The translations under genes were made by a program, and so were the position numbers. Positions 46,891 through 54,071 of a DNA stretch of 64,000 bases are shown piece after piece. How positions within the stretch are numbered: position 1 is the stretch's first letter; every line of letters starts with the position of its first letter. The DNA comes from an uncultured Acidimicrobiales bacterium (lineage in GTDB: Bacteria > Actinomycetota > Acidimicrobiia > Acidimicrobiales > CAWCAL01), in NCBI GenBank assembly GCA_963695075.1, contig CAVOFR010000007.1:1312925-1376924 (forward strand). Reading direction: 5' to 3'. The notes under the pieces were generated by a model. The model did no database searches, had not been told where the DNA came from, and saw nothing but the letters and a program-made list of their open reading frames with translations.

Positions 46891-48183
46891 TTGACCGAGC
46901 TCAGAGAGCGTTCGGTCGCTGCGCTCCTGAGCGAGTGCCTGATCGACCTCGGCGTCATCGGTGTCTGGGGTGGGACCCTTCCCGGCCTGGTGCACCGGGG
47001 CCGTCACGCCGACGACCTCGATCGGCTCTTCGCGGATGCCGAGGGTCGGCTCGGCCCCGGTCCCGGAGCGGCGCTGGTGGCCGACGGCCGCACGCTGCAC
47101 ATCTCGACCAAACCCGGCGGTGACCGGTATCGCTTCACCGTGCTCGAGGTCGGCGAGCTACCCGAGGCCGTCGCCCTCTGGCACATGCACGGGTTTCCGG
47201 CCACCTACGAGATCGAGCTGGGTCTGGATCTGGAGGCGCCGGCACCCGCTGAACTGGGCCCGGTGCCCATGGGGGCGGACCGCACGGTCCCCGTGTTGGA
47301 TACCAGCCTGGCCGACGAGGACGTCGTGATCGTGGCCGGGCCCGGCGTGGTCCGTTCGAACGCGATCGCGTCCCTCGAGACCACAGCGGCTCGCGCCGCG
47401 GCCGGCGTGCTCAACACCTGGGGAGCAAAGGGGGTGTTCCGCTGGGACGATCCCCGCCACCACGGCACGTTCGGACTCCAGGCTCGCGACCTCGAGCTCA
47501 GCGGAGTGACCGAGGCCGGCATGGTCATCGCCACCGGCATCGACCCACTGGAGCTGCCACCCGGGGGACTCGGTGACGCTCTGGTGCTCGAGGTTCCGCC
47601 CCGACAGCTCACCGCCCTGGTGCACCATTGGCCGGATCCCACCCGGGCCATCCCCTCGCCGCCGCCGCTCCATCAGAACCTGTCGTTGGCCTTGGCACCG
47701 CTCTACGGCTCCGAAGCGGTGCCGCTGACTCCGCCGAGGGCAGCGGCCGACCTGGCCGAGACCTGTCCTGTCGGTGGCGTCGTCGTTGCCGATCCGGGAG
47801 AAGCGGGTCTCTGGGTGGCCCGCACCTTCCCGACCCGTGCACCCGAGTCCGTCCTGGTACCGGCCACCGTCGCGCACGGCTTCGCCGCCGCAGCGTCCTA
47901 CGTCGGCCACCGGCTGGGGCGCAAGGCCCTGGGTGTGACGAGTGCGCCGGTCGACGACGTCACGCCCCGGGTGCTCGAGCTGGCCCGAGCCGAGCGAGCG
48001 GACCTGGCCCTCGTCGTCTGGGACGAGGCGGCGGAGCCACTCGCGACCGCCGGCGATCATCCGGTCGCACTCGACGAGCTCTGGCGGACAACCGGGGTCC
48101 GGGTGCTTTCGGTTCCGGTCGATCTGGATCAGCTCACCGTGCTGATCGACGTCGCCGGACCTATCACGGCCTTTGCCGGCTAG
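46891..48183 (+). CDS. Degenerate thiamine-diphosphate-enzyme-like protein
   Basis: Central region VIVAGPGV...VLNTWGAKGVFRWDDPRHHGTFG...VIATGID resembles the TPP-enzyme middle domain. No GDG-x24-27-NN motif seen. TTG directly follows the SDR stop. Confidence 0.55.
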   Translation: MTELRERSVAALLSECLIDLGVIGVWGGTLPGLVHRGRHADDLDRLFADAEGRLGPGPGAALVADGRTLHISTKPGGDRYRFTVLEVGELPEAVALWHMHGFPATYEIELGLDLEAPAPAELGPVPMGADRTVPVLDTSLADEDVVIVAGPGVVRSNAIASLETTAARAAAGVLNTWGAKGVFRWDDPRHHGTFGLQARDLELSGVTEAGMVIATGIDPLELPPGGLGDALVLEVPPRQLTALVHHWPDPTRAIPSPPPLHQNLSLALAPLYGSEAVPLTPPRAAADLAETCPVGGVVVADPGEAGLWVARTFPTRAPESVLVPATVAHGFAAAASYVGHRLGRKALGVTSAPVDDVTPRVLELARAERADLALVVWDEAAEPLATAGDHPVALDELWRTTGVRVLSVPVDLDQLTVLIDVAGPITAFAG

Positions 48184-48205
48184 AAACTAGAACCTGTTAT
48201 AGTTT
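48184..48205. promoter_or_regulatory. KstR-type operator (TnnAACnnGTTnnA)
   Basis: AAAC-TAGAACCTGTTATA-GTTT. The core at 48188-48201 matches the published KstR consensus. Lies upstream of an operon encoding a KstR-like TetR. Confidence 0.8.
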
Positions 48206-48274
48206 TCTGGTCGGCGCCACCTGACGCCGACTCGTCCACCAGAACTTCACCCCCGACCTCACCCAGGGAGTCCG

Positions 48275-49408
48275 ATGGAATTCGGCATCTTCGCCCAGCT
48301 GTTCGTCCCCGACCGCGAACGTGAGGCCGATCCACTGGCCGAGCACAAGCGGATAATGGCCAATGTCGAGATCTCGAGGGTGGCCGACCGGGCCGGTTTC
48401 AAGTACGTCTGGATCCCCGAGCACCACTTCCTCGATCAGTACAGCCACATGCCGGGGCCCGAGGTCTTCGGTAGCTACGTGGCGGCTCAGACCGAGCAGA
48501 TCCACGTCGGTGCTGCGATCCTCAACGTGAACCCCAAGGTCAACCATCCCGCTCGAATCGCGGAGAAGGTGGCCCTGATGGACCATCTCTTCGAAGGCCG
48601 ATTCGAGTTCGGGACCGGACGCGGCTCGTCGACCACGGAGGTCTTCGGGTTCGGCATCGAGAACCTCGAGATCACCAAGGAGATGTACGACGAGGCCATC
48701 GCTGAGATCCCCAAGATGTGGGAGCCCGGCGAGTACCCCGGGTTCGAGGGTCGGTTCTTCACGATGCCGCCCCGCATCGTGTTGCCGAAGCCCTACAGCG
48801 ATCCCCACCCGCCCATCTGGGTGGCAGCCGGCTCGCCTCCGACGTTCACCAAGGCGGCGAAGCTGGGCATGGGGACGTTCTGCTTCACCCACGGCAAGCC
48901 CGGATCGATCGAGCCGCTGGTCAAGGCCTACAAGGACAGCATCGGCGACGCCCAGCCGGTCGGCAAGTACATCAACGACAACATCGCCTGCGTGACGAAC
49001 ATGGTCTGCTGCGAAGACCGCAACGAGGCATTCGAGCTCGCGTCAGGCTCGGGGATGAACTACTACAGCGGCCTGCAGATGCACTGGCTCGACAACATCC
49101 CGAAGCCCGATGGCGTTCCCGAGTGGCCCGATCACTGGCCCGAGCCCGATCCCGAGGCGGTCGAGAAGGCCTCCGAGCTCGGCCTCATCGCGGTCGGTGA
49201 TCCCGACGACTGCGCCAACGCCATCCGAAAGTGGGAATCGATCGGTGCGGATCAGCTGATCTTCTCGCCCACCACCAACTTCCTGCCGGTCGACGTCATC
49301 GCCCGGTCGATGGAGCTCTTCGGCAGAGAGGTCATCCCGCGGTTCGACACCGATCCGGTGCATCGAACCACGCGCCAGCGCGAGGCGGCGGCCACGGCCG
49401 CCGGGTGA
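48275..49408 (+). CDS. LLM-class flavin-dependent oxidoreductase/monooxygenase
   Basis: EFGIF, WIPEHHF, HPARIAEKVALMDHL, FGTGRG, PKPYSDPHPPIWVAA. Confidence 0.9.
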   Translation: MEFGIFAQLFVPDREREADPLAEHKRIMANVEISRVADRAGFKYVWIPEHHFLDQYSHMPGPEVFGSYVAAQTEQIHVGAAILNVNPKVNHPARIAEKVALMDHLFEGRFEFGTGRGSSTTEVFGFGIENLEITKEMYDEAIAEIPKMWEPGEYPGFEGRFFTMPPRIVLPKPYSDPHPPIWVAAGSPPTFTKAAKLGMGTFCFTHGKPGSIEPLVKAYKDSIGDAQPVGKYINDNIACVTNMVCCEDRNEAFELASGSGMNYYSGLQMHWLDNIPKPDGVPEWPDHWPEPDPEAVEKASELGLIAVGDPDDCANAIRKWESIGADQLIFSPTTNFLPVDVIARSMELFGREVIPRFDTDPVHRTTRQREAAATAAG

Positions 49409-49427
49409 TCTCCGGCGTGGAGTCGGT

Positions 49428-50009
49428 ATGACCGTCACCGCACTGACCGAGAGCCAGGAGGACCGTCGTCAACGCATTCTGCGCGCCGCCCGGAGACTCG
49501 CGGCGGAGGGAGGGTACGAGGCGGTCCAGATGCGCCGGGTGGCGGCCGATGCCGACGTGGCCCTGGGCACGCTCTACCGGTACTTCCCGTCGAAGGAGCA
49601 GCTCCTGGTCTCGGTCAATCTACGTACGATGCGGGCCATGGCCGATCGTGTGGCCGAGGATCGCCCGGCCGGGGACTCATCGGCCGCTCGCGTGCTGGCC
49701 GTGTTGAGCGACGCCACGCAGAGGCTCCAGGAGGAACCGCTGCTCGCGGCAGCGACCGTGAGCGCTCTGGTCTCGGGCCATCCCGAGGTTGCTCCCGTCG
49801 TGGCCGACGTCCGTGAGTTCAGCGGCGACGTGCTGCGCACAGCCATCGACGACGATGACGTCGGCGACGAGATCGTGGCCCTCCTCGAGCACATCTGGCT
49901 TTCCGCTCAGGTCGGCTGGATCGGTGGTATCACTGGACCGGAGGGCGTGATGCAGACCATGGAGCAGGCCGTGCTCCACTTGCTTCCATCAAAGGGCGGG
50001 AAACCATGA
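49428..50009 (+). CDS. kstR: KstR-like TetR regulator
   Basis: GGYEAVQMRRVAADADVALGTLYRYFPSK closely matches the recalled mycobacterial KstR HTH, with similarity also in the ligand domain (PLL, IWLS, AVxxLL). A cognate box lies upstream of the operon. Confidence 0.65.
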   Translation: MTVTALTESQEDRRQRILRAARRLAAEGGYEAVQMRRVAADADVALGTLYRYFPSKEQLLVSVNLRTMRAMADRVAEDRPAGDSSAARVLAVLSDATQRLQEEPLLAAATVSALVSGHPEVAPVVADVREFSGDVLRTAIDDDDVGDEIVALLEHIWLSAQVGWIGGITGPEGVMQTMEQAVLHLLPSKGGKP

Positions 50010-50902
50010 CGACGACATTGAGGGGCGTTCCCACGCCCGATACCGAGGTCACCCCCGAGTTGCCCATGGGTCGCAGGATCGAGTTGCTCGGACGAGGCGA
50101 GTCCTTCGTGCGCGAGATACCCGGCCCCGAGGGGGCCCCGACCGTGATCCTCCTCCACGGCTGGATAGCCAGCGGCGGCCTCAACTGGTTCCGGGTGTTC
50201 GAACCCCTGTCGAAGCACTTCCACGTCGTCGCCCCCGACATGAGGGGCCACGGCCGCGGACTCCGTGACCGGCATCGGTTCACCCTCAACGACTGCGCCG
50301 ACGACGTGGCAGCCCTCTGTGATCAACTGGGCATCGAGTCCGCCATCCTGTGCGGCTATTCGATGGGTGGCCCGGTCGCGCTGCTGACCTGGAAGCGGCA
50401 CCGCCACCTCGTCGACGGAATGATGCTGATGGCGACGTCGTACAACGTCGTTCCCGGCATCCGGGATCAGCTCATCTTCGTCGGTCTCATGGCCGCGTTG
50501 GCCGGATCGACAAGGGTCGGTCAGAAGCTCACCCATCTCCCGTTCCGGACTCTGCAACGGCTCCAGGCCCCGTCCGAGGGTCCGATCCGGCCCGACTCGT
50601 TTCGGCGCTGGGCTGCCGCCGAAGCCGCTCGTCATGACATCAGGCTCCTGATCGAGGCCGGCCAGGCCCTCGGCACGTTCAACGCCAAGAAGTGGGTGGG
50701 CCAGGTCGACGTGCCCACGACGGTGTTGATCACCACCAGGGACCGGGGCATCCACCCCACGGCCCAGTTCCATCTCGCCGTCGAGATCCCCGACGCCCAG
50801 ATCGAGATGATCGACGAGGGCCATTCGGCGCCGGCTCTGAGCACGTTCGCCCAGCCGGTCGTCGACGCGTGCCTCGGGGTGGCTGCCCGCATCGACACCT
50901 GA
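50006..50902 (+). CDS. Alpha/beta-fold hydrolase
   Basis: LLHGW, DMRGHG, nucleophile elbow GYSMGG, C-terminal EGH. Confidence 0.88.
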   Translation: MTTTLRGVPTPDTEVTPELPMGRRIELLGRGESFVREIPGPEGAPTVILLHGWIASGGLNWFRVFEPLSKHFHVVAPDMRGHGRGLRDRHRFTLNDCADDVAALCDQLGIESAILCGYSMGGPVALLTWKRHRHLVDGMMLMATSYNVVPGIRDQLIFVGLMAALAGSTRVGQKLTHLPFRTLQRLQAPSEGPIRPDSFRRWAAAEAARHDIRLLIEAGQALGTFNAKKWVGQVDVPTTVLITTRDRGIHPTAQFHLAVEIPDAQIEMIDEGHSAPALSTFAQPVVDACLGVAARIDT

Positions 50903-50944
50903 CGGCTTGCCCGCTCCGGCGCGAAGCGCCCCTCGCCGGTTGCC

Positions 50945-51820
50945 TCAGTCGCCGAGTCCGAGGACGGTGCGGGCGTTGTCCCGGAGGAACTTGGGCCAGA
51001 CCTCGTCCTTCAGCGGAACCTCGGGCAGCTCGGTCATGATGCGCTCGTAGGTCAGCCCGGCCGGGAAGTACCCCGCGTAGAGGACCTTGTCGGCACCGCG
51101 ACTGTTGGCGTAGTCGAGGATGTGCCGGTCGTAGTGCCTCGGGGCGAACGCGCTGGTCGAATAGAACAGGTTGGGCCACTTGATCATGAGCTTGACGGCG
51201 AGCTCGGTTTCGGGCTGCGCGCCATGGCGCATTACGAAACGCAGTTCGGGGAAGAACCAGCACACGTCGTCGATGTAGGCGACGGTCTGCGGCTCCATCG
51301 GCACTCGCGGCCCCGGGACACCGGCGCACACGAAGATCGGGATGTCGAGCTCGACGCACTTCGCGTAGATGGGGTAGTACGCCGCGTCGTTGATCGCCGT
51401 GCGGTAGCCGGCCGGGAACGTGGTGACGGCCTTGAGATCGTGGGCGTCGTGCATCCGGGAGATCTTGCGGACCGACTCCATGCCGTCGCGGGGGTCGACC
51501 TCGGTGGCCGGGATGAAGCGGTCGGCATGGTCGGTCACCGCCCGGACGGTGTGGGCCCGCTCGGGTGCTTCGGACACGCTGATCATCGCCTGGGAGACGT
51601 TGTAGGTGTCCATGTTGTGCAGTGTGACGGCGACGGGATCGATCTCGGGGTCGATGTCGGCCGGCACTTCCTTGAACATGTACTCGGCCGGCATGCGGAA
51701 CTGCTCGAGACTCTCGGCGTCGCGCAGCTCGGGGGCCAGGAACTCGTAGATCTGCTTGCGATCAGCGGTGGGAAACCCGACCATCGTGTCGATGATGGGA
51801 ACGTCGGTGGGCATCGGCAT
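50945..51820 (-). CDS. Amidohydrolase_2-like TIM-barrel protein with atypical metal ligands
   Basis: YPIYAKCVELDIPI, FPELRFVMRHG, KWPNLFYSTSAFAP, LKDEVWPKFLRDNA. -10-like TACGCT 6 nt before ATG. Confidence 0.8.
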   Translation of the reverse strand: MPMPTDVPIIDTMVGFPTADRKQIYEFLAPELRDAESLEQFRMPAEYMFKEVPADIDPEIDPVAVTLHNMDTYNVSQAMISVSEAPERAHTVRAVTDHADRFIPATEVDPRDGMESVRKISRMHDAHDLKAVTTFPAGYRTAINDAAYYPIYAKCVELDIPIFVCAGVPGPRVPMEPQTVAYIDDVCWFFPELRFVMRHGAQPETELAVKLMIKWPNLFYSTSAFAPRHYDRHILDYANSRGADKVLYAGYFPAGLTYERIMTELPEVPLKDEVWPKFLRDNARTVLGLGD

Positions 51821-51838
51821 GCCAGCAGCGTAGGCGCG

Positions 51839-52096
51839 GTCTCTGCGTTCCCCGGCCACGCAGGCCGCCCGACTCACGAGGGTGGTTCGCTCCCGTCGGT
51901 GGGTTGTCTCTGCGTTCCCCGGCCACGCAGGCCGCCCGACTCACGAGGGTGGTTCGCTCCCGTCGGTGGGTTGTCTCTGCGTTCCCCGGCCACGCAGGCC
52001 GCCCGACTCACGAGGGTGGTTCGCTCTCGTCGGTGGGTTGTCTCTGCGTTCCCCGGCCACGCAGGCCGCCCGACTCACGAGGGTGGTTCGCTCCCG
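51839..52096. repeat. 67-bp tandem direct repeat, about 3.9 copies, no spacers
   Basis: Units start at 51839, 51906, 51973 and 52040 (last is 57 bp). Only difference among full units is C>T at 52027. The last unit contains the final codons and stop of the gene at 52075-52755. Confidence 0.95.
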
Positions 52097-52755
52097 CCGG
52101 ATGCCATGTCCTGGACGTGTCGGGGCACGGTGATGTCGGACGCCAGGTCCGGGGCGGGGATCGGTTCGCCGTAGCGGGTCGTCCACGGGATGACCCCGGC
52201 CCAGGTGGGGGAGTCGAGATCGTTCTCGTCGTCGATGGGCGGGCCGGTGCGGATCTTGGCCGACGCCTCGGCCAGCGGCACCCTGACCACGCGGGTGGCC
52301 CGCATCTCCTTTTCGTTCGGGAGGCGGGAAGCTACCCAGCGGCCGGGGGCGATGCGTTCGGTGATGGCTTCCAGGCCGGCCAGGCGCTCGTTCGGGTCAT
52401 CCACGGCGCTGCCCTGGCCCACCACTACGACGGAGCGGTAGTTCATCGAATGGTGGAAGACCGATCGGGCCAGGACCAGACCGTCCACGATCGTCGCTGT
52501 GACACAGACCGGAGCGTCGGTGATGGCTCGCAGCATGGCGTTGCCCGCTGCCCCGTGCAGGTAGAGCATGTCGTCGATGCGGCCGTGGATCGTCGGGATC
52601 ACGACCGGATGGCCTGCGTCGGTCACGAACCCGACATGGCAGATCGCGGCAGCATCGAGGATCGCGAGAACGGTGGCCGCGTCATAGCGGGCCCGGGCCG
52701 GGTCGCGTTTCACGCGCGTGCGCTCGGACGGTGCGGAGCCCAGGGGGTCTGTCAT
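52075..52755 (-). CDS. Pyridoxamine-5'-phosphate-oxidase-like (NimA-type) flavin-binding split-barrel protein
   Basis: RARYD, CHVGF, PVVIPT, LYLHG, DGLVLARSVFHHSMNYRSVVV, SAKIRTGPP, WAGVIP. Confidence 0.9.
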   Translation of the reverse strand: MTDPLGSAPSERTRVKRDPARARYDAATVLAILDAAAICHVGFVTDAGHPVVIPTIHGRIDDMLYLHGAAGNAMLRAITDAPVCVTATIVDGLVLARSVFHHSMNYRSVVVVGQGSAVDDPNERLAGLEAITERIAPGRWVASRLPNEKEMRATRVVRVPLAEASAKIRTGPPIDDENDLDSPTWAGVIPWTTRYGEPIPAPDLASDITVPRHVQDMASGGSEPPS

Positions 52756-52883
52756 CCCGCCATTCTCATCTTCCTCCCGGGCCGGTGCGAACGGAATCCC
52801 TGGGCAAGGTCACCCACTAAGGGCGGCCCGACTCCTGCCGATGGTCGAGGGACCCTCCATACCCGGACGAGTTGGAGCCGACC

Positions 52884-54071
52884 ATGACCCTGACCCTCCC
52901 CGCCGCAACCGAGGTCCGACACCGCTGGGTCGGGGTCGGGAGCTCGATCCATGCCGATGCCCGCTCCGCCGGCGCAGCCGCGGCCATCGAGGCTCGACAG
53001 GGTACCGAGGCGAGGCTCGCCGTCGTCTTCGCCACCCGGCACTACGACCTCGAGGCCTTGCTCGCCGGTATCACCACCGAGCTTCCCGATGTGCCGCTCG
53101 TCGGATGCTCCACCGCCGGCGAGATCGCGACGGATGGCCCCGGTGATGCGAGCGTGGTCGTCCTCGCCCTCGGTGGCGACGGATTCTCGATCGCGACGGG
53201 ACGTGCGCTGACGGGCGAACACGGGCTGCGTGGGGCGGGAGCAATCGCGGCGCGCTGCGTCGACGATGTCGAGCAGCGCGCCCACACGGTGCTACTCCTC
53301 CTCACCGACGGCCTTGCCGGTGACCAGCAGGAGATCGTGCGGGGTGCGTACGGCGAAGTCGGCGCCGCGGTGCCACTCGTCGGCGGCTGCGCCGGCGATG
53401 ACCAGCAGATGGTCCGGACGTTCCAGTTCCACGACGGCGAGGTGTTCACCGAGGCAGTCGTGGCTGCGGCGATCTCGTCGGACGCCCCGATCGGGATCGG
53501 CATGCGCCACGGGTGGTGCCCCGTGGGTGATGCCATGCTCGTGACGAGCAGCGACGGCACCGTCGTCCATACGATCGGCGACCGTCCGGCTCTCGACGCG
53601 TATCTCGACCACCTCGATGCTCCCGAAGAGGTGCGAATTGATCCAGTGGCCTTCACCCACTTCGCCGCGACCCGTCCGCTCGGCCTGAAGCGCCGCGACC
53701 GCGAGGAGGTGCGCTACATCGCCGGTGCCGATTTCGAGGCACGCAGCCTCAGCTGTATCGCCGAGGTCCCACAGGGTGGGCTCGTGTGGATCATGGAGGG
53801 TGACGATGCTTCGGTGCTCGCGGCGACCGACGGCGCGTGCGCCGACGCGGTGGAGCCGCTCGCCGGGGAGGCACCACTCGCGCTGCTCGCCTTCGATTGC
53901 ATCGCCCGCAAGGGCGTACTGGGCCCCGGCGTCGAGGATGAGGTGCGCCGTATCGCGGCGGTCGCCGACGGTGCGCCGGTAGCGGGCTTCTACACCTATG
54001 GCGAGATCGCCCGGACCCGCGGCTCGGGTGGCTTCCACAATCAGACCCTCGTGGTGCTTGCGCTCGGCTGA
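52884..54071 (+). CDS. Stand-alone FIST-domain protein (FIST_N + FIST_C; NosP-like)
   Basis: VGCSTAGEI, LLLTDGL, PLVGGCAGDD, HGWCPVG, FDCIARK, GFYTYGEIA, FHNQT. Alternative start 52872. Confidence 0.88.
   Translation: MTLTLPAATEVRHRWVGVGSSIHADARSAGAAAAIEARQGTEARLAVVFATRHYDLEALLAGITTELPDVPLVGCSTAGEIATDGPGDASVVVLALGGDGFSIATGRALTGEHGLRGAGAIAARCVDDVEQRAHTVLLLLTDGLAGDQQEIVRGAYGEVGAAVPLVGGCAGDDQQMVRTFQFHDGEVFTEAVVAAAISSDAPIGIGMRHGWCPVGDAMLVTSSDGTVVHTIGDRPALDAYLDHLDAPEEVRIDPVAFTHFAATRPLGLKRRDREEVRYIAGADFEARSLSCIAEVPQGGLVWIMEGDDASVLAATDGACADAVEPLAGEAPLALLAFDCIARKGVLGPGVEDEVRRIAAVADGAPVAGFYTYGEIARTRGSGGFHNQTLVVLALG

Noticed and set aside
44296-47100. 934-aa minus-strand ORF and other long shadow ORFs (e.g. 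7470-9521, 7600-9561, 13091-14974, 14914-16722, 23766-24833, 54662-56311)
   Set aside because: They are antisense or off-frame to genes with clear family motifs and show no motifs themselves. Stop-poor alternative frames are expected at this GC content.
51839-52096. 67-bp repeat as a CRISPR array (contains GTTCCCCG, reminiscent of type I-E repeats)
   Set aside because: Units are contiguous and essentially identical with no unique spacers, and there are no cas genes in the window.
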